Source of the DNA: an uncultured delta proteobacterium
GTDB lineage: Bacteria; Desulfobacterota; Binatia; DP-6
Assembly: GCA_963815115.1 (NCBI GenBank)
Contig: CAWFFN010000005.1
Location: 192,001-256,000 of the forward strand
Direction of reading: 5' to 3'
Length of the DNA stretch: 64,000 nt
The notes under the pieces are model-generated. The model was not told where the DNA came from. It was given only the letters and a program-made list of their open reading frames with translations, and ran no database searches. This document shows, in pieces, positions 9,854 through 21,092 of the stretch. Every line of letters begins with the position of its first letter. Position 1 is the first letter of the stretch. The position numbers were made by a program, and so were the translations under genes.

Positions 9854-10981
9854 ATGGATCTCGCCCCCACCGCCGAGCAGAAGGCCGTCCAGGACGAGGC
9901 GCGCCGGTTTCTCGCCGCCGAGATCACCCGCGAGCGCCGGCTGGCGTGGGACCGCACGCCGGAGGGGCACGACGCCGCGTTCTGGGGGGCCGTCGCACGT
10001 CTCGGCTGGTTCGGCTTCGCCCTGCCGGAAGCGGCGGGTGGCCAGGGGGCGTCGCTCCTCGAGCTCGGGCTGCTGCTGGAGGAATGCGGCCGCGCGGTGG
10101 CGCCGCTCGGGGTGTTCGCCGCCGTCACCGGCGGCCTCGCGCTCGACGCGCTCGGCACGCAGCCGCAACGCCGCGAGTGGCTGCCGTCGCTGGCGCGCGG
10201 CGAGCGCATGGTGAGCCTGGCGGTCGCGGAGCGCGACGCGGTGCGCGAGCCGGCGGCCTTCGCCACGGTGCTCACCCGGCGAGGCGACGCGCTCCGGCTC
10301 GACGGAGAGAAGCGCTTCGTCCTCCAGGGGGTGACCGCCGATGCCTTCCTGGTGGCGGCGCGCGACGGTGAGGGCGTCTCGGTGGTGCTGGTCCCGGCGA
10401 CCGTTGCCGGCGTGCGCGTGACGCCCAGCTCGACCCTCGGCAAGGACCGCCAGAGCACCGTCCATCTCGACGGCGTGTCGCTGCCGTCGACGGCGCTGTG
10501 CGAGCGACCCGGAGAAGCCTGGGCCGGTCTCGATCGGCTGCGGCGCACGCTGGCGGCGCTGCTGTGCGCCGATCTGATCGGCGGGGCCGATGCGGTGCTC
10601 CAGACGACGGTGCGCTACGTCGGCGAGCGCGAGCAGTTCGGTGTCAAGCTCGGCACCTTCCAGGCCGTGCAGCAGATGGTCGCGGTGATGGCGATCGATC
10701 TCGAGGGCGCGCGCCACGTCACCCGGCAGGCCCTATGGCGTCTGGCGGCGGCGCAGCCGGCCGATCGCGAGATCGCCATCGCCAAGGCGTGGACCGCAAG
10801 GGCCTATCGCGACGTCACGTTGCTCGCCCACCAGCTCCACGGCGGAGCCGGCTACGTGGTCGAGCACGAGCTCCACCGACACTCCTTGCGCGCCAAGCAG
10901 GCCGAGCTACTCTTCGGGTCGACGGAGGAATGGCTCGAGGACCTGGCAGATCAGCTCCGGCTCGTGCCCGGCGGGCGCTGA
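9854..10981 (+). CDS. Acyl-CoA dehydrogenase family protein (probable heteromeric partner)
   Basis: REQFGVKLGTFQAVQ and HQLHGGAGY motifs; tandem with previous gene. Confidence 0.9.
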   Translation: MDLAPTAEQKAVQDEARRFLAAEITRERRLAWDRTPEGHDAAFWGAVARLGWFGFALPEAAGGQGASLLELGLLLEECGRAVAPLGVFAAVTGGLALDALGTQPQRREWLPSLARGERMVSLAVAERDAVREPAAFATVLTRRGDALRLDGEKRFVLQGVTADAFLVAARDGEGVSVVLVPATVAGVRVTPSSTLGKDRQSTVHLDGVSLPSTALCERPGEAWAGLDRLRRTLAALLCADLIGGADAVLQTTVRYVGEREQFGVKLGTFQAVQQMVAVMAIDLEGARHVTRQALWRLAAAQPADREIAIAKAWTARAYRDVTLLAHQLHGGAGYVVEHELHRHSLRAKQAELLFGSTEEWLEDLADQLRLVPGGR

Positions 10982-12705
10982 CCCGGCTGCCGGCGCTGCT
11001 GCTGGCGGCCGCGGCGGGCCAGGCGGCCGCGCTCACGATCGCCCCGGGGTTCACCGCGTCGCCCATCGTCGGCGGGCTCGCGGCTCCCACCGCGGCCGCG
11101 TTCGCACCCGACGGCCGGCTCTTCGTGCTCGAGAAGGGCGGCGGCGTTCGGGCCTGGTCGGCGGCGGCCGGGCTCGCGCCCGCGCCGCTCGCGACCCTGC
11201 CGAGCTGTACGGACTCCGAGATGGGGCTGCTCGGGCTCGCCTTCGACCCCGGGTTCGCACGCAACGGGTTCCTGTATCTGTACCACACGCAGCCGCCCGG
11301 CGGTGACCCGGCGCGGTGCGCGGAAGGCGCGGCAGCGGGCCGGCAGAACCGCGTCGTCCGGGTCACGGTGTCCGGCGACCGCATCGATCTCGGAAGTCTC
11401 GTCGTGCTGCGCGACGGCATTCGCACCGACAACGGCAACCACGACGGCGGCTGTCTCCGCATCGGGCCCGATGGCCTGCTCTATGTCGGCGTGGGCGACA
11501 CCGGTCGCGGCGATGGCGGAAGCCCCGGTGACTCGACGAACCCGTACGCGCGTGATCTCGCCAGCCTCAACGGCAAGATCCTGCGGCTCGCGCTCGACGG
11601 CGCCCCGGCACCCGGGAATCCGTTCCTGGGACGGGGCGGCGCGGCGGACTTCATCTTCGCGTCCGGCCTGCGCAACCCGTTCCGCTTCTCCTTCGATGCC
11701 CGCAGCGGGCTGCTCTGGGTCGGTGACGTGGGCCAGAACACCTTCGAGGAGATCGACGTGGTACACGCCGGCGACGATCTCGGGTGGCCGATGTGCGAGG
11801 GATTCGCGCCGGCTCCGCCATGCCCGGGAGGGACGGTCCCGCCGATCGACGTCTACGCACACACCGACGCCGGCGCCTCGGTGACGGGCGGGGTCTTCTA
11901 CGAGGGCGAGCAGTTCGACCCGGCGTTCCGCGGCGACTACTTCTTCGGTGACTTCGTCTTCGACATCGTGTGGCGTGCGAGAGTCGATGCCGCTCGCACC
12001 GGCTTCGACGGCGAGCCGGACGTCTTCGTGCGCGATGCGGGCGGCCCGGTGGACTTCACCGTGGGACCCGACGGTGCGCTCTACTACGTCGCCTTCAGCC
12101 GCGGGCAGGTCATGCGTATCGTCGAGGACACGGCGGGCGGCGCTCCGACCGCTTGCTCGCTCGCCCTGGCGAAGACTGCGCCCGGGCGCCTGCAGGCTGC
12201 GGGACGCCGGCCGGGCGCCTGCGTGCCCGGCTGTCCGCCGCCGCGGGTGTCCCGTCCGCTGCGGGCCCGGCTGCGCCGCGCGTGTCCGGTAGCGCCCCCG
12301 GGCCTGTGCGAGCGCCTGGGCTGTGCGCCGTGCGCGACGTCCGCCGATCTCGCATCCTGTCTGGGCGCGGCGGCGGCGGGGATCGTCACCGAGGTGGTCC
12401 ACGCGGATGCGCCGCCGGACGACGACCGGTGCTTCCGGGCCGCGAGACGAGCGGGGGTGCGCGCGGCGGCAGGCCGCCTGCGCGCCATCGCCGGCTGCGC
12501 CCGCTCGGGCGGAGGTGCCTGCGTGACGGCGGCGCCGGCCCCTCGCGTCACCGGCCTCGCGCGCGCCTGCCGGACGCCGCCGGCGGCGGCGTGCACGGCG
12601 TTCGCGTGTCTCCCCTGTGCGACCGCTGCCGATCTCGCCTCCTGCGTCGGCCGGGCCACCGTCGCCCCGGTGGACGCGCTCGCCCGCGCCCTGCTCGGCG
12701 GCTGA
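10978..12705 (+). CDS. PQQ-dependent sugar dehydrogenase (GSDH-like) with Cys-rich C-terminal repeats
   Basis: GLLGLAFDP, NHDGG, GLRNPFRFSFD and GDVGQ motifs; start codon uncertain. Confidence 0.85.
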   Translation: MTRLPALLLAAAAGQAAALTIAPGFTASPIVGGLAAPTAAAFAPDGRLFVLEKGGGVRAWSAAAGLAPAPLATLPSCTDSEMGLLGLAFDPGFARNGFLYLYHTQPPGGDPARCAEGAAAGRQNRVVRVTVSGDRIDLGSLVVLRDGIRTDNGNHDGGCLRIGPDGLLYVGVGDTGRGDGGSPGDSTNPYARDLASLNGKILRLALDGAPAPGNPFLGRGGAADFIFASGLRNPFRFSFDARSGLLWVGDVGQNTFEEIDVVHAGDDLGWPMCEGFAPAPPCPGGTVPPIDVYAHTDAGASVTGGVFYEGEQFDPAFRGDYFFGDFVFDIVWRARVDAARTGFDGEPDVFVRDAGGPVDFTVGPDGALYYVAFSRGQVMRIVEDTAGGAPTACSLALAKTAPGRLQAAGRRPGACVPGCPPPRVSRPLRARLRRACPVAPPGLCERLGCAPCATSADLASCLGAAAAGIVTEVVHADAPPDDDRCFRAARRAGVRAAAGRLRAIAGCARSGGGACVTAAPAPRVTGLARACRTPPAAACTAFACLPCATAADLASCVGRATVAPVDALARALLGG

Positions 12706-12786
12706 ACCGGCGTTGATCGGGATCCTGCGGAGGGTCATGCTGGCGCGAGCGGACGCAGGAGCCCGCGGGACGGCGAGGAGGACACC

Positions 12787-13812
12787 ATGCGCGTCGGAGT
12801 GCTCACGGGTGGCGGCGATTGTCCTGGCTTGAACGCGGTGATTCGCGCCGTCGTGCGCAAGGGCGTGGCACTGTACGGGCACGAGTTCATCGGTTTCCGT
12901 GACGGCTGGCGCGGGCCGCTCGAGGGCGACGGCTTCGCGCTCGACGTGAAGACCGTGCGCGGCATCCTGCCACGCGGCGGGACGATCCTCGGCTCGTCGC
13001 GCACGAATCCGCTGAAGGTCGAGGGCGGTGTCGATCGGATCGAGGAGAACCTGCGCAACTTCAAGGTCAATGCCCTCGTCGCCATCGGCGGCGAGGACAC
13101 GCTGGGCGTCGCGACCGCCCTGCACGAGCACGGCATGCAGGTGGTCGGCGTGCCCAAGACCATCGACAACGACCTCAACGCCACCGACTACACGTTCGGC
13201 TTCGACACCGCGGTCAACATCGCGATGGAAGCGATCGACCGCCTGCACACCACCGCGGAGTCGCACCGCCGCGCGCTCATCGTCGAGGTGATGGGTCGGC
13301 ATGCCGGCTGGATCGCGCTGCACGCCGGCCTTGCCGGCGGGGCGAACGTCATCCTGATCCCGGAGCTTCCCTTCGACGTCGCCAAGGTCTGCGGCTACAT
13401 CGAGAGCCGCTTCAAGACGAGGTACGCGCCCATCATCGTGGCCGCCGAGGGCGCGATGCCCTCGGGAGGCGAGATGGTGCTGAAGGACGCGTCACGCGAC
13501 GCCTTCGGGCACGTCAAGCTCTCCGGTGTGGGAGACTGGCTGGCACGCGAGGTCGAGAAGCGAACGGGCAAGGAAGCGCGCTGCACCGTGCTGGGCCACA
13601 TCCAGCGCGGCGGCACGCCGACGGCGTTCGACCGGGTCCTGGCGACCCGCTTCGGCCTGCACGCGATCGACGCGGTGCACGAGGGCGACTGGGGCAAGAT
13701 GGTGGCGCTCCGCGGCACGGACATCGTCCGCGTGCCGCTCGCGGAGGCCACGCGCGAGCTCAAGACGGTCAACGTCGCGCGCTACGCCGAGGCGGAGGTG
13801 TTCTTCGGGTGA
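12787..13812 (+). CDS. pfkA: 6-phosphofructokinase (actinobacterial type, possibly PPi-dependent)
   Basis: GGGDCPGLNA, GGED, PKTIDND, MGRHAG and LGHIQRGG motifs; GAGGAG RBS. Confidence 0.95.
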   Translation: MRVGVLTGGGDCPGLNAVIRAVVRKGVALYGHEFIGFRDGWRGPLEGDGFALDVKTVRGILPRGGTILGSSRTNPLKVEGGVDRIEENLRNFKVNALVAIGGEDTLGVATALHEHGMQVVGVPKTIDNDLNATDYTFGFDTAVNIAMEAIDRLHTTAESHRRALIVEVMGRHAGWIALHAGLAGGANVILIPELPFDVAKVCGYIESRFKTRYAPIIVAAEGAMPSGGEMVLKDASRDAFGHVKLSGVGDWLAREVEKRTGKEARCTVLGHIQRGGTPTAFDRVLATRFGLHAIDAVHEGDWGKMVALRGTDIVRVPLAEATRELKTVNVARYAEAEVFFG

Positions 13813-14735
13813 AGGCGATCCGCCTGCACGGGCCGGATGCAGCATCGCTGCGGTACGAGGACGCGGCCCGTCCCAGCCCGGGCGCGGGTGAGGTGCTGAT
13901 CCGCGTCCACGCCGCGGGGGTGACGCCGTCCGAGCTCCAGTGGGCGCCGACCTCGACGATGGCGAACGGCAAGCCACGCCCGCGGCCCGTCATTCCCGGC
14001 CACGAGTTCTCGGGCGTGGTGGCCGGGCTGGGCGCCAGCGTCGACGGGATGGCGGTGGGCGACGAGGTGTACGGCCTGAACGACTGGTATCGCGACGGTG
14101 CACAGGCCGAGTACTGCGTCGCGCGCGCCGCCGAGCTGGCGCTGCGGCCGCGCACCGTCGACCACGCGCACGCCGCCGCGACGCCGATCTCGGGCCTGAC
14201 CGCCTGGCAGGCGTTCTTCGAGCACGCGCACCTCGAGCCCGGCGAGCGCGTCCTGGTCCACGCCGGCGCCGGTGCGGTCGGGACCTTCGCCGTGCAGCTG
14301 GCGCGCTGGCGCGGCGCCCGGGTGATCGCGACCGCGGCGACCGGCAACGTCGAGTTCGTGCGCGAGCTGGGGGCGCAGGAGGTGATCGACTACACGCAGG
14401 TTCGCTTCGAGGACGTCGCGCGCGACCTGGACGTGGTGCTGGACACCGTGGGCGGCGAGACGCTGGAGAGGTCGTGGAACGTGCTCCGCCCGGGCGGGCG
14501 TCTGGTGACGATCGCCGCCGGGAGCGAGGCGACCACCGATCCCCGGGTGCGAGAGGCGTTCTTCATCGTGCGTCCCGACCGGATACAGCTCGCCGAGGTG
14601 GCAAGCCTCATCGACGCCGGCTCGCTGCGGCCGGTCGTCGCCCGCATGTTGCCGCTCGCCGAGGGCCGCTCGGCGTACGGCGGTCATGTGCGCGGCGCCG
14701 GTCGCGGCAAGACGGTCCTCCGGATCGCGGCGTGA
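13809..14735 (+). CDS. NADP-dependent oxidoreductase (MDR/quinone oxidoreductase family)
   Basis: PGHEFSGVV and VLVHAGAGAVG motifs. Confidence 0.88.
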   Translation: MKAIRLHGPDAASLRYEDAARPSPGAGEVLIRVHAAGVTPSELQWAPTSTMANGKPRPRPVIPGHEFSGVVAGLGASVDGMAVGDEVYGLNDWYRDGAQAEYCVARAAELALRPRTVDHAHAAATPISGLTAWQAFFEHAHLEPGERVLVHAGAGAVGTFAVQLARWRGARVIATAATGNVEFVRELGAQEVIDYTQVRFEDVARDLDVVLDTVGGETLERSWNVLRPGGRLVTIAAGSEATTDPRVREAFFIVRPDRIQLAEVASLIDAGSLRPVVARMLPLAEGRSAYGGHVRGAGRGKTVLRIAA

Positions 14736-14807
14736 GCGGCGTTCACTCCCGCCACTCGCGATCTGGTCTGGTGCCGCCTCCGCAAGTCCGCTATCTCGGC
14801 GACTCCC

Positions 14808-15531
14808 GTGACCAAGCCGATGATGATCGCGCTCGGCATCGGCGTCGCCGGCGCGTGCTGCGCCGTGGCGGCGATCGCGAGCACCGGTCCGTCGCGCTTC
14901 GCGTGGGCGTGGACGTCGGGCTCGTGCGCCGTGGCGACGGTGGCCTACGTCGCCAATCGACCGGGCGTGGCTCGGGAAGCATGCCGGAAGGCTGAGACCG
15001 CGTGCGTTCCTCATCCTTCCCTACCTCGTGGCGTTCCGCATCGCCTGCGAGCTGATCCGCTGGTGGCGCGGGCCGGACGCCCCGGCGCTGGTGGCTCCCG
15101 GGCTGTGGGTCGGCGGGCATCTCGAGGCCCGCACGTTTCCGGCCGGCGTGACCCACGTGGTGGATCTGGTCGCCGAGTACCCGGCTGCCGCGTGGGTGCG
15201 CGCCTTGCCGGGCTACCGTGGTCTGCCCATCCTCGACGGAGCCGAGCCGCCGAGCCCCCGGGCGTTCCTGGGTCTCGTACGCGAGCTGCGGGACGTGACC
15301 GGCGGCGTGCTCGTGCACTGCGACTCCGGCCGCGGCCGCGCGCCGACCGTGGCCGCAGCCATCATGATCGCGCGAGGGCTCGCGCCGGACGTCGCCTCGG
15401 CGCTGGCGCTCGTGCGCGGGCGGCGACCGGTGTCGTCGCCGACGCGGGTCGACGTCGCGTTCCTCGAGCGCGTGCTGCCCCGGTTGCTGGGCTTGCAGCG
15501 GAGTGACGGCGCCTTGCGCCGCAGCGGATAG
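14808..15531 (+). CDS. Membrane-anchored dual-specificity phosphatase (+1 frameshift near 14963)
   Basis: HCDSGRGR (CX5R) motif; removing one G in ccgggcg joins the TM N-terminus via PAWLGK...FLILPY. Confidence 0.8.
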
Positions 15532-15555
15532 GGCGTCGATCGCCCGGGAGGACTG

Positions 15556-17901
15556 ATGGGACGTTTCGAGGTCGATGGTGGACGTGTGAACCTCCGGACC
15601 CTGCTCGATTTCGCCGATGTCGCACGGCGGATCGGTGCGGAGATCGACATCGAGAGATGGCTCACCAGGGCGTCGGTCTCCGGGATCGAGGTGACGCAGG
15701 GCATCCAGTACTTCCGCGCCGACCGTCATCTCACCAACGCCGACGATCGTGGTCCCGACAACTCCGTCCGTCTGGCGGCACAGAAGCCGGCGTGGGTGCG
15801 GGTGTACGTGCGCAGCGGGATCCTCGGCCCCGACCAGGACCTGGCGGGCGACCTGGTCGTCGAGCGCCGCACGGGGATCCTCGACACCCAGTGGACGACG
15901 ATCGCCACCATCGGGCCGCAGCCACCGGGCTTCGTCAGCTCCCAGCGCGAGCCGACCTACGCCACGGAACGCGGCACGATCTGGTGGTCGCTCAACTTCA
16001 TCGTGGGCGCGAGTCTCATGAAGGGCATCCTGCGCTTCACCGCACGCATCTGGCCGCGCAGCGACGGGACGCGCACGCCGATCGACACCTGGCAGGAGAG
16101 CGTCGACGCCTCGATGCTGCAGACGCTCAGCCTGCGCGGCGTGTTCGTCACCTACAGCGGTCCCGATCCGACGAAGAACGCCACCAATCCTCCGACGGTC
16201 AACCTGCCGGCCCCGACGCTGGCCAACCTCCAGGCGACGGCGGCGTGGACGCTCACCACCAACCCCCTCGAGTCGCAGGGAGTGTTCTCGAGCGCGGGGA
16301 ACATGAACTGGTTCGCGCCGCTCACCGGCACCGCGACGGGGCCCGGTGGCTGCTCGGCGGAGTGGCAGTCGTTCACCTACTGGCTGTCGCTGATCAAGAA
16401 CAACGATGGCAACCGCAGCGACGTCATCTATTACGGCCTGCTGCCGGCGGCGACGCCGATCGCGAACGTCAGCGGCTGCGAGCTGTACGGAGTCAGCGCC
16501 GGCACCGACACCGACCAGGTGACCATGGCCCACGAGATCGGGCACGGCGCCGGTCGGGCGCACGGCCCGTGCGGCGTCACCGGGACGACCGTGGACGCGA
16601 ACTATCCAGCATACGAGCCGTACGATCCCGCGAACACCCCGACCGCATCGCTGGGCGAATACGGGCTCGACATCACCAACGGCACGATCCACCCGCCCAC
16701 CGACAAGGACTACATGTCGTATTGCGGGCCGGTATGGATCTCCCTCTACGGTCACGCGCAGCTCTGCAACAATGCCATCTTCAACCCGCGCCGGGTCGGC
16801 CTGCCCACCTGGCGGCCGCCCGACCTCGTCGATCCGTACCTGTGGCCGTGGGAGTACATTCCCGACCCGCCCAACTGGGAGCGCCATCCCGGCGACCTGC
16901 GCGTGAAGGCGGAGGCGCTGATCTCGATTCTCGGGGTCGTCGGCGAGGCGGGCGCCGTCGAGGTGAGGAGCGTCACCCGCGTGCAGGCGTTGCGGCGAAC
17001 CCGGGATGCGGCTCCGACGCCGTACGTCGCACAGCTGATCGGCGCCGAGGACGAGCCGGTGGCCACCGCGGCGGTGGTGCGCCTGCCCGCGCAGGGCGGC
17101 GGCTGCGGATGTCACGGCGATCCGCCGGAACGGGATGGCGGCCCGTTCGTGTTCGAGGCGATGGTGCCGGACGTGGCGCCCGGGACCGAGCTGCGCATCC
17201 TCAAGCGCAGCGAGGAGGACGGGCGCGCCGAGACGATCTGGACGCGCAGCGCTCCGTCGCGCCGCCCCCGCATCGCGCGCTTCGCCGTGACCGCCACGCG
17301 CGGGTCCGGCCATGCGGTGTGGGAGGCGACCGGCGCCCGCGAGTGCTCGCTCGAGTTCTCGCTCCAGTTCTCCAAGGACGCGGGACGCTCGTGGAACGGC
17401 CTCACGGTCGGCCTCACGACCAAGCGCCATCGCTTCCCGCTGACCCACCTGCCGAGCGGCCGGCTGATCTTCCGGCTGCTCGCGCACGACGGCTTCCACA
17501 GCGTGAGCGCGGTGTCCCGACCGGTGGAGATCCCGCGCCGCCCGCCGATCGTCAGCATCCTGAGCCCGCAGCCGGGGCGGCCCTACTACGCCGGCGCGCC
17601 GCTCCGCCTGTGGGGCGCCGTCACCGAGGACGACGGGGCGCTGCCCGATGCGGAGGGGTGCTCGTGGTGCATCGGCGACGAGCCCGTGCTGGAGGGGATC
17701 GACGGGTGGATCGTGGCGCCGGAGCCGGGTGAGCATCGGTGCACGCTCGCCGTGCGGGGTCGCGGTGGTGATGCGGAGGTGGAGGTGGTGTTGCGGACGG
17801 TCGGTGCAGCGGAGGTGGGCCCGGAAGGGCCCGGCCGAGTGTCGAAGCCGAAGGCGTCGGAGCGTTCGGCGATGCGGCGGGGACGCGGGCGTCGTCGCTG
17901 A
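15556..17901 (+). CDS. Metzincin-type zinc metallopeptidase (M66-like) with C-terminal Ig-like domains
   Basis: HEIGHGAGRAH (HExxHxxGxxH), DYMSYC Met-turn; GGGAGG RBS. Confidence 0.75.
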   Translation: MGRFEVDGGRVNLRTLLDFADVARRIGAEIDIERWLTRASVSGIEVTQGIQYFRADRHLTNADDRGPDNSVRLAAQKPAWVRVYVRSGILGPDQDLAGDLVVERRTGILDTQWTTIATIGPQPPGFVSSQREPTYATERGTIWWSLNFIVGASLMKGILRFTARIWPRSDGTRTPIDTWQESVDASMLQTLSLRGVFVTYSGPDPTKNATNPPTVNLPAPTLANLQATAAWTLTTNPLESQGVFSSAGNMNWFAPLTGTATGPGGCSAEWQSFTYWLSLIKNNDGNRSDVIYYGLLPAATPIANVSGCELYGVSAGTDTDQVTMAHEIGHGAGRAHGPCGVTGTTVDANYPAYEPYDPANTPTASLGEYGLDITNGTIHPPTDKDYMSYCGPVWISLYGHAQLCNNAIFNPRRVGLPTWRPPDLVDPYLWPWEYIPDPPNWERHPGDLRVKAEALISILGVVGEAGAVEVRSVTRVQALRRTRDAAPTPYVAQLIGAEDEPVATAAVVRLPAQGGGCGCHGDPPERDGGPFVFEAMVPDVAPGTELRILKRSEEDGRAETIWTRSAPSRRPRIARFAVTATRGSGHAVWEATGARECSLEFSLQFSKDAGRSWNGLTVGLTTKRHRFPLTHLPSGRLIFRLLAHDGFHSVSAVSRPVEIPRRPPIVSILSPQPGRPYYAGAPLRLWGAVTEDDGALPDAEGCSWCIGDEPVLEGIDGWIVAPEPGEHRCTLAVRGRGGDAEVEVVLRTVGAAEVGPEGPGRVSKPKASERSAMRRGRGRRR

Positions 17902-17934
17902 GCGGTGACGTCTGGCGATAGCGCCTGGGCGGTT

Positions 17935-20729
17935 CTACCGACACGGGAGGACTGTCACCCCGCAGCGCCTGAGCGCGTTGGCGAGGTGGCAAACCATTGG
18001 CCGCTTCGGCCGGCGGTGTGCGTTGATAGCACGCCCGATCTTTCGGGCCAGCTTCTTGGCCTTGTGGCGAAGCTTCGGTCGCTGACACTGATCGATGTTG
18101 CAGGTCGAAGGGATCTCCGGGTCGCAGATCCGGCGCAACGTTGTCGTCGTGGAGGTCGAACCGGGGGTCGTTGTCGTAGCGGGTCGTGCAGTGGTCGTCG
18201 TCGGAGGATTCGTCAAGGAGGTGGACGTCGTCGGGGATATCGTGGACGTGCTGGTGGCCGGAGCCGCCGTGCTCGTCGTGGTTGTCGGCGTGGGAACCGT
18301 CTCGGTAGTGGTTGTCGTGCTCGGCAACGCCATGGACGTCGTCGTCGTCGAGGTCGCTGGCAATATCGTGGACGTGGTGGTCGCGGACGTGGGCGTTGTG
18401 AAGGTCGTGGTCGTCGTAAGCTGGGTTGTCGTCGTCGAAGTACTGCCGACGCATGTGTCGCTGCCGTCGTCCTTGTCTCCGTTCCCGTCCTCGCATGCAG
18501 CGCCGGACGGGTCATTGGCGCAACCTTTCGGGTCACAGAAGAACGGATTCAGCGTCCGATACGCATTGGTCCCATGCTTTGTGACCTCGAGGACCATCTG
18601 AGCGTAGCAGTCAAACGGCATCCGGAAGGCCAGCATCGTCGGCGTCACCGCGTCCGGGGCGATGCTGGCGAGGATCGTGTCATCCGTGAGGGACCTGATG
18701 AGGATGCGATTCGGTGGAGGCAAATTGAGATTGGGATCGGGATCGGTCCCTCCATTTCGTGCTTGAACCTCAGGGTTCTCGATCGAGCACGGACATGTTG
18801 GGTTTCCGTCTACTAGTATGCACGGACCAGTCGGACACGTTCCTTCCGGCGAGCACGGCGAAGGCTGGGTGTCCAGGCAGGCATCACGCGTCGGGTTTCC
18901 GTTGATCGCGTCGAAGTTGTCGCCGAAGACGCGCACGATATCGCCCTTCCGTGGTCGGGCGGGCGTGATGTGAGTGATGACGGCCGATCCACTGCGCGGA
19001 CCTTGGAAGGGTTGGTCGTTTTCGGCCAGCGTGATCAGAGAGGAACCGGCGGGCGAGACGTCTTGCTGTCGCACCACGGTGGGATCACAGTCGTTTCCCG
19101 TGCAATGTCCCCACTGATTGCCTTCCGCGGGTAGGGGAGCGAGTCGAGTTGGTCAGCAGGAAGTTGGCTCCCTCGTTCACGTCTCGCTTGTTCGAGGTGA
19201 ATGCGTTCCGGCCGGGCGTCGGTGCGACGCCGTAGCTGACGACTGGCGGATCGTGAAGGGCGTCTAGCGAAGCAGCCTTCGCCTGGCGCGTCTCCGCTCC
19301 GACTCCGGAGCTTTTTGCACTATAGTTGCAGACGAGCGCCACGCCGTGGAAACGCGCCGAGGAAACCCGCTCGTGTCCGCTGTCGTCGACGGGGACTGAT
19401 TCAGTCGTCTCTACCTCGCTGCCCTTGACATCGTTGCTGGCCACGTAGTCGCTCTCGAAGACCGCGTCTGCGTTGTCCCGTACGGACAACCCTCGGCCGC
19501 CCGAGAAGCGAACGACGTTGCCCTTCGTCTCGAGGGTGCTTGTCCGCTGTCCTGGGCATCCTGGGTTATCGTCCTTGCAGGTATCGATGACGGTGAGACC
19601 ATTCTGGCCCTCGCCGCCCATGTTGTGCTGCACGACATTCTCGATCGCGACTACCCGGCCGCCAAGAGTGCTCTGGATGCCGCCCTTGGCGTTGTCATGA
19701 ACGCAGGTCCGTTCGATGGTCACCGAGCCGTTGTTCGCCTTCACTCCCCGATCCTGGGCCTTGGCGATCCGGCTGGTGACGATGACGTTGCAGCTGGCCC
19801 CATCGTCGACGTTCACTGCATCCCCGCAGGTCGGCCCCAAGATGATCGACTGTTCGATCCGGTTGCCGTGTGCTTCAGCTCCCGTGATGGCGACGGTATC
19901 CACTTGTCGGGAAGTCGGGCTGCCATCCGGATGATCGTCATTCTCGCACGGATTCGTGATTGCGCTCCTGCTGCCCTCGAACTGGATTCCGCGAAAGACG
20001 TTGTCGCTACCGGAGATCCTCGAGCAGGGACACTTCGTTCATGACTGACCAGACGACGGCTCCAGTGGCTGCATTCCGGTCCAGACCGTCGACCACGACT
20101 CCCGAGCCTGAAAAGCACACGCCCGCATCGTGGTCGTCCGTGCTGCAAGGCATGCCTGCGAAGACGATCTTTCCAGGAGCATCCGCGCCGGGGAAGGCCT
20201 CGCGAGAGAACGTGACCAGCGCGTGGCCCGACGGGTCATTGGCAGCGGCCTTCAGGGTGCTCAGGAGGCCACCGTCGCTCTCGTCCGACCTCGTGTTCGT
20301 GACGACGTAGGTCCCTGGGTACAACGTCCAAGCGACGGCGTTGGACACCCCGATGGGGTCTCCGGCAACGACGACGCTTCGCTGCGCTTGGTTCTGGGCG
20401 TCTGCACCCGAGAGCTGGACGGAGAGAGGATGAATCCAAGCGCCGGGCCGGAGGTTCGGGATTGAGCCGCAGCTCCCGGATCCGGCTGGGCAGGTCAGCG
20501 GCTCGCTGTAGGTGAGTTCGCCAGCTCCAGCACATGTGGCGGCGTCGGCTACAAGCCGGCCGGTGACGCTGATGTCGATGGGGGCGGAAGTTGGGTTGTC
20601 GGCGAACACCGTGAGCGTCGCTGTACCGGGGCACGGTGGCGGTGCATCGCCAGAAGCAGAGGTCGGCGCTAGGAGCGAGGGGAGTAGCAAGAGCGTTCTC
20701 ACGAGCACAGGGAGACTTCGGACGAACAT
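17935..20729 (-). CDS. Large secreted beta-helix protein with Thr-rich linker (frameshifts near 20021 and 19138)
   Basis: Three ORFs join after single-base shifts (LLRISGSDNVFRGI; PAEGNQWGHC); signal peptide, beta-helix-like repeats, T-rich tract; visibly lower GC. Confidence 0.7.
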
Positions 20730-21092
20730 GCGAAGGACGGTAGGTCGAATGTGCATCGGAGCGTGCGGAAATACCGCATTCGCTCGACACGCGTCAACTT
20801 GTTCGGGGCACCGAGTGCTCGGCGTCTATCTTCACTCCGTAGCCACAAGCTAGCGTGCCAAGGCGTAAGGTAAGATGGCGAGAATAACCCGCCGTTCGGT
20901 CGTGCGATGCCACAGGTGCGGCACGGGTTTGGTCGGATCGATTGGCCCAGATCATTGCACAGGTGCCAGCAGGTGCGGGAAGTAGAGGACCGGAGTATGT
21001 GCTCGTTGCGTAGAACCAGACCGCGCACAACGCTGCGGGCGGGCTCTAGGCGCATTGGGCTTCACCGGCGCAGTTGGTGTAGACACCGCCCC

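Noticed and set aside
20838-20960. Sigma54-like TGGC...TTG motifs (also on the minus strand of 40965-40985)
   Set aside because: Spacing is one base too long for a -24/-12 promoter
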